Shown here piece after piece: positions 1 to 11,000 of a stretch of DNA of 48,937 bases (position 1 is its first letter; each line of letters opens with the position of its first letter). The notes under the pieces were generated by a model that saw nothing but the letters and a program-made list of their open reading frames with translations, had not been told where the DNA came from and searched no databases. A program made the position numbers and the translations under genes. Origin of the DNA: an uncultured Gammaproteobacteria bacterium (GTDB lineage: Bacteria > Patescibacteriota > Patescibacteriia > XYB2-FULL-38-15); NCBI GenBank assembly GCA_965231095.1, contig OZ246416.1, positions 1 through 48,937 of the forward strand, written 5' to 3'.

Positions 1-61
1 TGGTTAGAGCGTTCGATTCACATTCGAAAGGTCGGAGGTTCGAGTCCTCCATCGTCCACCA
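1..61 (+). tRNA. tRNA-Val(CAC), 5' end truncated by window edge
   Basis: D-loop end TGGTTAGAGC, anticodon arm TTCGA-TTCACAT-TCGAA, T arm GGAGG-TTCGAGT-CCTCC, 3' acceptor strand ATCGTCC-A-CCA ending at 61. Confidence 0.9.
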
Positions 62-100
62 CGCAGAAAATATTTAATTAAATTTATCAATAAAGATATT

Positions 101-739
101 ATGCCCATATTAAAAAATAAAGAAGATGGCGCAGAGACCACGCCCGTCGCTTTGTCGGGGAATGAAAAAAAAGAAGGAACAACTATAAAGCGTTTTACGG
201 AATATATTTTGGAAGTGATAAAAGTGATTTTAATTTCCCTGGCCATTATTGTGCCGGTGCGATATTTTTTGATTCAGCCGTTTTACGTCAAAGGCGCGTC
301 CATGGAGCCGAATTTTTTTGATCATGAATATTTGATTATTAATGAAATAAGTTATCGTTTTAATTCACCGGAGAGGGGAGATATCGTGGTTTTTAAATAT
401 CCGCGGGATCCGAGCCAATATTTTATCAAAAGAATTATCGGCCTGCCCAACGAAACATTAGAAATTAAAAACGGGAAAATTACGGTTTTTAATAACGATT
501 CTCGGGACGGCCTGGTTTTGGAAGAAGAATATTTGGAAGAAGAGGTAAAAACTTTTGGCGATCGAACAATTTCTCTGGGCGCGGACGAATATTTTATTAT
601 GGGTGACAATCGTCTGGCGAGTTTTGATTCGCGGAGTTTTGGGCCGATTAAAAGAGAAAGTATTGTTGGAAAAGTGTGGTTTAGGGGCTGGCCATTTAAT
701 AAATTAAAAGTTTTTGAAACACCCGAATATAATCAGTAA
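101..739 (+). CDS. lepB: Signal peptidase I
   Basis: TM helix, catalytic Ser motif GASMEP, Lys motif YFIKRIIG, GDNRLASFDSR box. Confidence 0.95.
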   Translation: MPILKNKEDGAETTPVALSGNEKKEGTTIKRFTEYILEVIKVILISLAIIVPVRYFLIQPFYVKGASMEPNFFDHEYLIINEISYRFNSPERGDIVVFKYPRDPSQYFIKRIIGLPNETLEIKNGKITVFNNDSRDGLVLEEEYLEEEVKTFGDRTISLGADEYFIMGDNRLASFDSRSFGPIKRESIVGKVWFRGWPFNKLKVFETPEYNQ

Positions 740-745
740 TTAAGT

Positions 746-2128
746 ATGGCAAAAAAAGTTAAAGCGCAAAAAAAAGTAAAAAAGCCGCGAGCGGTCGCCA
801 AAAAACCGAAGAAAGTTAAAGTCGCCGGACCGCAGAAAACGAGAGTTTTTCAGACGCTTCGCGGGATGAAAGATCTTCTGCCGGGAGAATATAAGTATTG
901 GCATCTCATAAAAACTCGCGCGGAAAATTTTTCCAATAATTACGGTTATGAATTTATTGAAACGCCGATTTTGGAAGAAACATCTTTATTTAACCGGGCG
1001 GTGGGCGGAGAAACGGATATTGTGGGAAAAGAGATGTTCACCTTTGTTGACCGCGGCGGGGAAAATGTTTGTTTGCGGCCGGAAGCGACGGCTTCCATCG
1101 CGCGAGCTTATATTCAGCATGGCATGGTGAATCTTCCTCAGCCGGTGAAGTTTTTTTATTTTGGTCCGATGTTTCGTCATGAGCGTCCGCAAGCGGGCCG
1201 GCTTCGATCTTTCCACCAATTTGGTTTTGAAGCTTTGGGCGATGGCAACGCGGTGATTGACGCGGAAATAATTTTTTTAACTTACAATTTGATCCAGTCT
1301 TTGGGATTTAAAACAAATGTCCAGATAAATAGCATCGGCTGTCCCAAGTGCCGCGAATCTTACAAAAATAAATTAGTAAATTATTATCGCGACCGGAGAA
1401 GTTCGCTTTGTGAGGAATGCAAGAAAAGGTTGGTAAAAAATCCGCTCCGTATTTTGGATTGCAAGGAAACGGGCTGCGAATCTCTAAAAGAAGGAGCGCC
1501 GCAAATTGTTGATTATCTCTGCGATGATTGTAAAAATCATTTTGTCCGAGTTTTGGAATATCTTGACGACGCGGCCGTGCCGTACAACTTAAATCCCTAT
1601 CTTGTACGTGGTTTGGATTATTACACAAAAACAGTTTTTGAATTTTTTTCCGAGGAAAATCAAGCGGCCGGAGGAAAATCGGAAGCGTTGGGCGGGGGAG
1701 GAAGATATGATAATTTGGTGGAAGTTTTGGGCGGGCGACCGACTCCGGCTTGCGGGGTGGCGCTTGGCGTGGAGCGGTTGATTTTGAAAATAAAAGAAAA
1801 TAATATTGAAGTTCCGCCACTTCTTGTTCCTGATATTTTTTTGGCGCAGCTTGGCGAGCAGGCAAGAAAGAAAAGTTTTGCCTTGATTGAAGATTTGCGC
1901 CGTGCCGGATTTTATATTACGCACGGTTTAACCAAAGAAGGATTGAAAAAACAACTTGAAATCGCCAATAAACTTGGCGCGAGATACGCTCTGCTTTTGG
2001 GACAAAAAGAAGTTTTGGACGGGACAATTATCATCAGGGACATGGAAGGCGGTTCCCAGGAAATTGTGGATTTTGTGAAAATTGTCCAGGAAATGAAAAA
2101 GAAATTAACGAATGGTATAGCCAAGTAA
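746..2128 (+). CDS. hisS: Histidyl-tRNA synthetase with Lys-rich N-terminal extension
   Basis: LRPEATAS, FRHERPQAGRLRSFHQFG, LVRGLDYY, GGGRYD motifs; C-terminal anticodon-binding domain. Confidence 0.97.
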   Translation: MAKKVKAQKKVKKPRAVAKKPKKVKVAGPQKTRVFQTLRGMKDLLPGEYKYWHLIKTRAENFSNNYGYEFIETPILEETSLFNRAVGGETDIVGKEMFTFVDRGGENVCLRPEATASIARAYIQHGMVNLPQPVKFFYFGPMFRHERPQAGRLRSFHQFGFEALGDGNAVIDAEIIFLTYNLIQSLGFKTNVQINSIGCPKCRESYKNKLVNYYRDRRSSLCEECKKRLVKNPLRILDCKETGCESLKEGAPQIVDYLCDDCKNHFVRVLEYLDDAAVPYNLNPYLVRGLDYYTKTVFEFFSEENQAAGGKSEALGGGGRYDNLVEVLGGRPTPACGVALGVERLILKIKENNIEVPPLLVPDIFLAQLGEQARKKSFALIEDLRRAGFYITHGLTKEGLKKQLEIANKLGARYALLLGQKEVLDGTIIIRDMEGGSQEIVDFVKIVQEMKKKLTNGIAK

Positions 2129-2163
2129 GGAAATTTATCATATAATAAAATAATATAATCCAA

Positions 2164-2327
2164 AAGACCTCTTACAAAATAATTATTTCTGCTGTAACTT
2201 GTAATTTTGGCTGCAAAATTTTCGAGACTCGTCGGCTTATTAATTTATAATAAACCTCCTCGCCTCTCATATTTTTCGCTCAAAATTACTTCGTTTCGCT
2301 ACGAAATATTATTTTACAAGAGGTCTT
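2164..2327 (-). repeat. Long imperfect inverted repeat (MITE/REP-like or structured RNA)
   Basis: Ends AAGACCTCTTacAAAATAAT and ATTATTTTacAAGAGGTCTT; nested GTAATTTTG/CAAAATTAC; the two terminal-stem mismatches are G-U pairs on the minus strand. Confidence 0.6.
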
Positions 2328-2344
2328 GAAAGCGAGGTGAAAGC

Positions 2345-2596
2345 ATGGGACAAGAAGTAAAAAGAAAAAGAGGAGAAACTTTTGAAAGCATGATGAGGCG
2401 TTTTAGCCGCCGCGTTCAGCAAAGCGGAAAATTGTTGCAAGCAAAAAAAATCAGATTTCACACATCGGAAAAAAGCCGCAACTTGCAAAAAGCCTCGGCA
2501 TTACGCCGCGAAGAAATCAAGAAAAAAAGAGAATACTTGAAAAAAATCGGCAAACTCAAAGACGAATTTGAAACAAAAAATAAATTTAGAAGATAA
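2345..2596 (+). CDS. rpsU: 30S ribosomal protein bS21
   Basis: EVKRKRGETFESMMRRFSRRVQQSG pattern, basic 83 aa, upstream of yqeY as usual; SD-like GAGGTG. Confidence 0.85.
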   Translation: MGQEVKRKRGETFESMMRRFSRRVQQSGKLLQAKKIRFHTSEKSRNLQKASALRREEIKKKREYLKKIGKLKDEFETKNKFRR

Positions 2597-2607
2597 ATTT
2601 GTTTTTC

Positions 2608-3060
2608 ATGACTTTAAAAGAGCAAATTGAGAAAGACTTTACGGAAGCACGAAAAGCTAAAAATGAGCTCGTGGTTTCTGTTTTGAGTATGCTTCGGGCC
2701 GCGGTTTTGAACGCGGAGATCGCGGGCGGACGGAAAGAATTTAAAGATGATGATGTTGTAAAGGTAATTAACTCAGAGGTCAAAAAACACAAAGACTCGA
2801 TCGCGGACTATGAAAAAGGCGGCCGGGTTGATTTAGTTTCCAAAGAAAAAGCCGAGATGGATATTTTGGCAAAATATTTACCGGCAGAACTTCCGGAAGA
2901 GGAGCTAAGGAAAATTGTGGAAGAAAAAATTGGAGAACTTGGCGCGGCCGGTCCCGGAGATTTTGGAAAAGTGATGGGCGCCGTAATGAAGGCAGCCGGA
3001 GGGCGGGCTGGGGGAGACGCGGTAAGTAAAATGGTGAAAGAATTTTTAGAGAAAAAATAA
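2608..3060 (+). CDS. yqeY: GatB/YqeY domain protein
   Basis: MTLKEQIEKDF...LRAAVLNAEI, YEKGGRVDL, DFGKVMG motifs; ATG 2608 preferred over TTG 2599. Confidence 0.9.
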   Translation: MTLKEQIEKDFTEARKAKNELVVSVLSMLRAAVLNAEIAGGRKEFKDDDVVKVINSEVKKHKDSIADYEKGGRVDLVSKEKAEMDILAKYLPAELPEEELRKIVEEKIGELGAAGPGDFGKVMGAVMKAAGGRAGGDAVSKMVKEFLEKK

Positions 3061-3065
3061 AAAAT

Positions 3066-3095
3066 CCCGCCCTCACGGAGACTATGGCGGGCAGG
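3066..3095. repeat. Short GC-rich palindrome (REP-like or terminator)
   Basis: CCCGCC-14 nt-GGCGGG followed by CAGG, just after the yqeY stop. Confidence 0.45.
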
Positions 3096-3139
3096 CAAAA
3101 ACAAAAAACGCAAAAGTGAAAAATTTAACTTTGCCACAC

Positions 3140-4978
3140 ATGCAAGTTAAAAAAGCGTTAAAGATTTTAGCTGGATTGGCCGTTCTCGCGGCTGGTCTTT
3201 TGTTTGTTCAAATCGCTTTGGCTCAAAATTTTGGGCTAAACGAAGTGGGCAACGAAATTGCGCTGGTTGACGGCGACCCGCGGGTAATTGCCGCGAGAAT
3301 TATAAGAGTGGCGCTTGGATTTTTGGGAATTATCGCGCTTGGTATTGTGCTCTACGGCGGTTTTGTTTGGATGACTTCCGCCGGCAATGAAGAAAAAATC
3401 GCCACAGCCAAGAAAATTTTAACAAATGGGCTGATAGGTTTAGTAATTATTATAATGGCGTTTGGAATTACGCAGTATGTTTTAAATACTTTGATTGGCG
3501 TGCTCTCGGGCGGGGGTGGAGGCGCAGGCGGCGCGAGTGGCCCGCCGGCAGTTGGCCGCTACAGCGGCGCGTTGGGCAACAGCATTATTGAAAGCCATTA
3601 TCCGCCGCGCGGCGGCACGGGCATCGCCAGAAATACGAAAGTGATTATTACCTTTAAAGAGCCGATGGCGCCGGAAACTCTGATTGAAGGTTATGACAAC
3701 CGCGACACGGAAGATCTTTCCGATGACACAGTCGGAGGAGTGGCGGTTACCCCGGCGACAATTTTGCCGATAAAAAGTGAAAATATTAGAATTTATCAAT
3801 CGCTTTTGGGAGAAACCGGCGCGGGCGGCGCGCCAAATTATTTGGAGCCGAACGAAGCAAGAGTCGGCTTTACCACTGATTTGAAAAATTTTACTTTTGA
3901 TCCAACGGAACTTTTAGGAAGTCCCTCGGAAAATATTTGGTATACGGTGGCCTTAAAACCGGGTTTGAAAAAGGTAGACGGTAGCGACGCCTTTGGCGGA
4001 GCGTTTGGCGACGGCTATGCTTGGGATTTTGAAGTGAGCACTTTTGTTGACGTCACGCCGCCAAAAGTGGAAAGCGTAATTCCTGGAGACGCGTCAACTA
4101 ATGCCAGAAATATTTTGGTGCAGGTAAATTTTGATGAAGCCATGGATCCAACGACCGTGGCCGGGAAAACCGCGGATGGTTTTGATAAAATTGAGGTTAC
4201 CGCCGACGGTACGCCGGTTGCCGGTACTTGGGCGATTGGCAATCAATATAAAACTATAGAATTCACCACGGATTTTCGGTGTGGCACAAATTCTTGCGGC
4301 GGCGATGTGTATTGCTTGCCGGCGGATGCAGACATTGATGTTACAGTCAAAGCCGCGCGTCTAGGCACAACTCCGCCAGAAGCGGAAATGCCTTATACTG
4401 GCGCGACTGATGTCGTTGGCAATTCTTTGGATGGCAACGAAAACGGAACAGCCCAAGGCCCGACCACTGATAATTATTCCTGGGATTTTGCGACAAACAA
4501 TACAATTGATTTAATTCCGCCGAGAATTGAAACTCTTCTGCCAGCGGCGAGCGGAAGCGATGTAGCGCTTGATGCGCCGATTGAATTTAGATTTAGTAAA
4601 CCGATGAGTGTGACAAGTTTTTCTTCAGAAAATATTATTTTGGAAGATAACGAACGCGATGCTTGCGCAGTTTGGTTTACTTTAGGCGGCGTGGGGACAG
4701 ACGCTCTTGGCGCGCCGACGCCGCGGGGAGGAACACCAGCTAAACACAAAGCCATAATTTATCATGGAGATTTTATTGAAAGTACTGAGATGCCGACCCC
4801 GGCTCCGACTTGCGCTGACGGCGCGGCGGTTGATGAATCTCTTGTCAGATATTATCCGCGAGCGACGCACAGAATAAAAGATATTTATCAAAATTGTTTC
4901 TATGAGCCAGTCGGCCCGGCCAGAGGAACAAGTTGCACTGCCACTGGCGGCGCGGACTGCAGGTGGCCGGTAGAATAA
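3140..4978 (+). CDS. Surface protein: signal peptide, VirB2/TrbC-like (T4SS) pilin domain, Gly linker, Ig-like (Big_5-type) domains
   Basis: DPRVIAARIIRVALGFLG...YGGFVWMTSAGNEEKIATAKKILTNGLIGLVII two-helix pilin; beta-rich repeats such as DVTPPKVESVIP and LIPPRIETLLP; ATG 3140 preferred over GTG 3116. Confidence 0.75.
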   Translation: MQVKKALKILAGLAVLAAGLLFVQIALAQNFGLNEVGNEIALVDGDPRVIAARIIRVALGFLGIIALGIVLYGGFVWMTSAGNEEKIATAKKILTNGLIGLVIIIMAFGITQYVLNTLIGVLSGGGGGAGGASGPPAVGRYSGALGNSIIESHYPPRGGTGIARNTKVIITFKEPMAPETLIEGYDNRDTEDLSDDTVGGVAVTPATILPIKSENIRIYQSLLGETGAGGAPNYLEPNEARVGFTTDLKNFTFDPTELLGSPSENIWYTVALKPGLKKVDGSDAFGGAFGDGYAWDFEVSTFVDVTPPKVESVIPGDASTNARNILVQVNFDEAMDPTTVAGKTADGFDKIEVTADGTPVAGTWAIGNQYKTIEFTTDFRCGTNSCGGDVYCLPADADIDVTVKAARLGTTPPEAEMPYTGATDVVGNSLDGNENGTAQGPTTDNYSWDFATNNTIDLIPPRIETLLPAASGSDVALDAPIEFRFSKPMSVTSFSSENIILEDNERDACAVWFTLGGVGTDALGAPTPRGGTPAKHKAIIYHGDFIESTEMPTPAPTCADGAAVDESLVRYYPRATHRIKDIYQNCFYEPVGPARGTSCTATGGADCRWPVE

Positions 4979-5002
4979 TAATATAATTAGTGTGGCCAGA
5001 TT

Positions 5003-8000
5003 ATGAAACCACACGAGAGAAAAATTTTAAAATTTCTTTTTTCCCTGTTTTTGCTCACGGGCGCGTTTTTGTTTGCGACAACGATTTTTGCTCAAGATTT
5101 TGGCGTGAATGAAGTGGGAAATGAAATTGCTCTGCCGACATCTGATCCGAGAGTGGTCGCGGCGCAAATTGTCCGCGTGGCATTGGGATTTTTGGGAATT
5201 GTGGCGGTGGCGATTGTGATTTATGGCGGTTTTGTTTGGATGACGGCCAGCGGGAATGAAGAGCAAATTAGCAAAGCCAAAAAGATTTTGACCAATGGCG
5301 TGATTGGTTTAGTTATTATTGTAATGGCTTTTGGCATTACCCAGTTTGTTTTAACAAGATTAATGGAAGTGACGGGAATTTCGGGCGGTCCGGGCGGGGG
5401 CGGCGGAGGTGGAGGCGGCGGCGGAGGCGGTTTGCCGTCTGATTCATTTATTGTCCGCGGAATTCAGCCAAATGGTTCTGTGCCGATTAGAAACGTGACC
5501 GTGCGAGTTGTTTTTAATAAAGCCGTAGATTCAACAACCCTGACAGATAATTTTAACGTGAGAAAAACGGCTGACGGAAGTTTAGTGGCCGGAACGGCGA
5601 GCGCTTCGGGAACAGTATTGGAATTTGTCCCCAATGCCGCGTGCCCTGCGCCGAATGGAGACAGAAAATGTTTTGACGGAGATACGGAATTTACCGTGGA
5701 AGTGACAACGAGCTTGCGGAGTACGGACGGAAGAAATTTAATTTGCGGAGGCCTCGCGCCAAATTGTACTGCCAATTTCACAACAGGAAACTTGGTTGAC
5801 GTAACCGGGCCGACGGTGGAGATAACTTATCCTGATCCGGGCGATTCGGTTTCTGCCGATGCTATAGTTTCGATTGAGGCAGAGGCCGCCGACGACGCGG
5901 GAATTTCTTATTTGGAATATTTTTCAAATGGCGGGACGCTCGGCACTGACGCACCGACGGGTCCAACGCCGCTCACTTATTCTTCAATTTTTGATTGGGA
6001 TACAACCGGCGTGACCTTAGGTTCACGGCACACGCTTACGGCAGAAGCTTTTGATATTGATTCAAATAATACTACGTCAGGCGGGGTGGATGTAATCGTT
6101 CGCGCGGCGCATTGTTTTAATGGTAGCCGCGATGCGGATGAAACAGACATTGATTGCGGCGGCGCGGATTGCGGAACCTGCGATGGCGGGTCATGTACTT
6201 CCGGAGCAGATTGCCGGGGTGGGACTTGCGTTGGCGGGGTTTGCCGAACATTACCGACAATTACCGGAGTTTCTCCAAACGACGGGGCAGTGGGAAATTA
6301 TGTGACAATTTTTGGCCAAGGTTTTGGCATCGTGCCCGGACAAGTTTATTTTAATAATGTTTTGGCCGGAGCGCCGGTTTGCCCGGCTTCCACGACTTGG
6401 CAGAATAATCAAATTATTGTAGTGGTTCCGGCCGGCGCGACCGATGGAGCGGTCAAGGTTGTTGTTCCTCCGCCGACAGGCGCGACCGCGGAGGAATATA
6501 CTGATCAAACCGATGATGAGCGCGGGCCGACTCTGCCGAATTTTGATGTTAATGATACAGCGCGGCCGGGAATTTGTTCTATCACGCCGGATTCCGGCGA
6601 ACCACGGAGTGATGTTGTTGTCGCCGGTACGCAATTTGGCGCGACGCAAGGAACAAGCGAAATTATTTTTGGCGGCACGCGAGCCGAGCGCGTCAGTCTT
6701 TGGACCGCCGCGAGCATTGGCGCGGTTGTCCCTCTTATTGCTCCGGCAACTGTTCCGGTGCAGGTTGTAGTTGGCGGACAAAATAGTAATCCAATTAATT
6801 TTCGAGTTGCCGCCACGGCCGATGCTCCAAGAATTTTGAGTTTCACTCCAACGCACGGACCGGTGGGCGAGTATGTGACAATTTTTGGCGCCAATTTTGG
6901 AGATACGACTGGACAAGTATTTTTTAAAGATGCGCTTGGCGCGGATCTTTTGGCTGATGTGAATTTCCCCGCGGCTTGCGGCGCTGATTGGTGGAGAAAT
7001 GATCAAATTATCGTAAAAGTTCCGACCGGCGCGGCGACAGATATTTTAAAAATTACAACCGGAGGCGCCTCGGGCGGCTTGTCTGATGATACAATCGATT
7101 TAACCACTTCAGATTTTACGGTTGATGCCGGCGCGGCCGGTCCGGGAATTTGTAAAATTACGCCGGACAACGGGCCCATTGATTTACCGGTCGTGATTAA
7201 TGGCGAGCGTTTTGGCGCGTCAGCTTTAGTTAATTTTTATCGGGCAACTCCCGCGACCGTTACTCCGACTGATGGCGCGCAAATTTCTACCTCGGTGCCA
7301 GTGGGATCCCAGACTGGTCCGGTTAATGTTACCTCCGGCGCCGTCACGGGCAACAGTGTAAATTTTACAGTTCAAGATTGTCGCGCGGGAGCAACGTGTT
7401 CGTCCGGAGAGCAATGCTGCCGCGATGGTAGTTGTGCGGTTGCTTGCGCCGCCGCCGCGGGGAAGGGATATTATTTTTGGCAATTTTCTACCGGTCAGCT
7501 TCCTGTTTATCCGCAGGTAGTTGAAAGTTGCAGCAATCCGCCGCCGCCTTCTCCGCCCTCGCCCTCGCCCTGGTCCGGACGAGATGGGGGAGAGAGGGTT
7601 TGCGTGAATGCCCTAGTAACAGCGCGGTTCACGACAAAAATAAATCCGGCGTCAGCTGGCAGTGAAAATATTTTAGTTGAAAGTTGTTCTGACCAAACTT
7701 GTGTCACAAGATCCGTGGTTGCCGGAGCAATTAGATTTTTGAGCGCCTCTTCCGCGCAAGATGGTTTTGAATTTACTCCTACGGGAAATTTAGCAAGAAA
7801 TAATTGGTATCAAGTAACTTTAAAAAGTGACGCGGCGCTTGGCACGGGAATAGAAAGTTGTCTTGGCGGCGCGGGCTGTCCGGATGGAGGATTTTTCTTG
7901 GATGGCGACCGAGATGGAGTTGAGGGTGGAGATTATGTTTGGAAATTTAAGACGCGCGACAGCGATGAAACTTGCGCCATTGGTTTAATTGGAGTTTTGC

Positions 8001-11000
8001 CTTATGAGATGACTTTAAATAGCGTGGATGCGACGCAAGATTATAACGGCCAATGTTACGCGGCCGGCGATGTTTGCGTGGCAGTAAATTGTAGCGGGTA
8101 CACTTGGGGTTGGTCTTCTTCTGACGTTTCGCGGGCTACGGTGGAAAATCGTGCGACCCCGGACACAAGAGCCACAGCTCGGGTGGAAACGGAAGTCGGC
8201 CGGCCAGTTAGAATTACCGGCGAAATTCCAAGCGAAAGAAAATCTGGTGTAGGAAATTTGACGATTGATTTTACTGATCCAAAAGTTGTGGATAAATGGC
8301 CGAATTGCAGCGACGCTTGTCTTAATGCAGAAATCGGCGCGAAATTTAATACCAGCATGAATCAGGTGAGCGTGGAGAGCGCGGCCAATGTCCATCTTTA
8401 TATTTGGAAATGCGGCAACGGCGTGCTTGAACCGGGCGAAGATTGCGACGATGGAAACGCGACCGCGGGCGATGGTTGCGGCGCGACTTGTTTGAACGAA
8501 GGATCAGACGCGCGCTATGGCGCTTATTGTCACAATAGCCGACGAGAAACCGGCGAAGATTGTGACGGTGAACCATTCCCGGCGCGTTGTAATCCAACCA
8601 CTTGTTTAAATTCCGGCAGCGACGGCGCGGCGGCAGTTTGCGGAAACGGATTGATTGAAGAAGGCGAAGATTGTGACGGTTCGCCATTTCCCTCTGGTTG
8701 CAACGCGACAAATTGTTTGAATGAAGGAACGCAAGCGCTCCAAGAAATTTCTTTGGTCGGAATTTCTTATAACAGCGTCGCTAAAAAAATAGTTATTAAT
8801 CCGACGCCAATTAGTCTCGCTCCGCGGACATATTTTTTACCAAATACTTATTATCGCGCAGTGATTTCCGATGCCGTTATGTCAACGAGCGGCGTTCATC
8901 TGACTGATTTAAATTATGATGCCACCTCTCCGGCGGGGAATGATTCTTATTCTTGGACTTTTAAAACTAAAGATGATACCAACCCTTGCGCGGTGGATCG
9001 CGTGGCAGTTGATCCGCAAAGCGCGATTTTAAATTTTATTGGTGAAACACAAAATTATTCTTCCACGCCATTCAGCAATCCCGATCTTTGCAGCCCGGCC
9101 GGCCAGCGGCTTGGGGCAATGGATTATAATTGGGGATGGACATCGCGCGACCCGGGCGTGGCCACAATTACAAATAATAACAATTATCCGTCTTGCGGAA
9201 ATGGTGTAAAAGAATTTGGCGAGGATTGCGACGATGGAAATATCGCGGCGGCCGACGGTTGCGGCGCAAGTTGTTTGAACGAAGGAACAATTGCGCCAAC
9301 TTGCGGCAATGGCGCGATTAATGTCGGTGAAGATTGTGACGATAGCAATACTCGTTCTGGCGATGGGTGTAATAGTACTTGTCGGCATGAAGGCTCTGTG
9401 GCCGGCGGGGGAGTTTGCGGCAATCGCGCGAAAGAGCGCGGGGAAGATTGCGATGACGGTAATGCTCCCGGCCCGGGTTGCAGTGCCACATGTTTAAATG
9501 AAGGAACGGTCACGGACAGCAGAATTGATCCTTATCAGACGGCCGAGGCGATTGATCTTGCGGTGGAAGACGTGGCCGCCGGGGTAAACTCCAGCACCAC
9601 AGAAATTTCAGCCGCGGCGGAAGGAAAATCCGACAGCGGTGATTTGACTTTGCGTTGCGGCGGGCAAGATTGTCGGGCGATTAGTCCGTCTTGTGTTTTG
9701 ACATCAAATATTTGCGCGGGAACAACTTCACAAGCTTGCACGAACGATGAGGATTGCACATTGGGCGTTGGCCGGAATACTTGCTGCTACTTTAAACCAA
9801 AAGTTAAAGATTGCGATCCCACTCGAGAAGGCGCGGTTGATTGCGATGATGGAGCGGTTAACGTTTGTCGCAATGCTAAAATTTCCGCGACTTTTGATCA
9901 GGTAATGGAAACAGCGAGCGTGACGGGAAATATTTTAGTGGTTAGTGATTACAGCGGCGTCTGTCCCGAAGGGGCAACGGCTCTGACCCTGTGGTCCGGG
10001 GAAGAAAAATCCGGCTGGAAGTTCGCGGAGAAAATAAAAGAGTGGCTGCCTGCGCCCATCGCGAAAATTTTGGCGAGACCGATTGCAAAAATAGAAAATG
10101 ATTTAGCAATTTTTGGAGAAGTTAAAAATTTTATCAATCAATTTAGCCAATCATTGTTTGGCTGGCCCGCGAGCGCGGCTCCGGCTTCGCCTTGGTGCGT
10201 TTGGCCCGGGACATCGTCATCGGTTGTTACGAGAGACGGAGACAATTTTGTGACCGAAGTGAGTTTTAGCCCGACCAAAGCGTTTGACCGGGGACAAACA
10301 TATTTTGTTTTGTTGTTGGGTGACAATCCTGCGACGCCGGAAATTGAAGGAATCAGAAACGCGAAAGGCGTGGCTTTGGGCGGAGGAATATTGCGCGGCG
10401 AATATCCGGCGCCTTACAGCGCGAGAGAAATTTATCAGTGGTTATTTAGCACGGGAAACGATATTTGTACTTTAAGTCAAGTGATCGTTGCTCCAGATAC
10501 GCGCGTTTTCACGCAAAACGGCGAGACACAAGAATATTTTGCGACGGCTCGTGACGCGCGGGGCAGGCGGATTTCTTCCCTCGCGGGAGTCTATGCCTGG
10601 GAGTGGGAGGATTGGTTATCAAATGATCCGACTGTGGTTGAATTGGATGTGTGGGGGACTTGTTCCGGAACATCGGGAGCGGCTTGCCGTAATGATGACG
10701 GCTGCGTTTTGGCGGGCGGGGTCTGCGAAACCAATAATAAACAAATTGCCACGGCGCAAAATAAAAATGGTGAAGCCAGAATTTTGGTTTCGGCAAAAAT
10801 TACGGCGGACACGATTTTGTCTCCACGGACCGTGGGGCGAGTTGCCTCCGGCGGAGCCGACGCCACGGTTTTACTTTGTGAAAATCCGTGGCCGGCCGAT
10901 TTTGGCGTGAGCGGAGGATTTATGGACACGGCGTTTAATTTTAAAACTTATTATTGCCGTGACCGGGGAGAGCTTGGCGCGGAGGATGACCTTCCGGAGG

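Noticed and set aside
5385-5432. GGC-rich tract as a contingency repeat or G-quadruplex switch
   Set aside because: Mixed Gly codons in frame; explained as the poly-Gly linker after the pilin head
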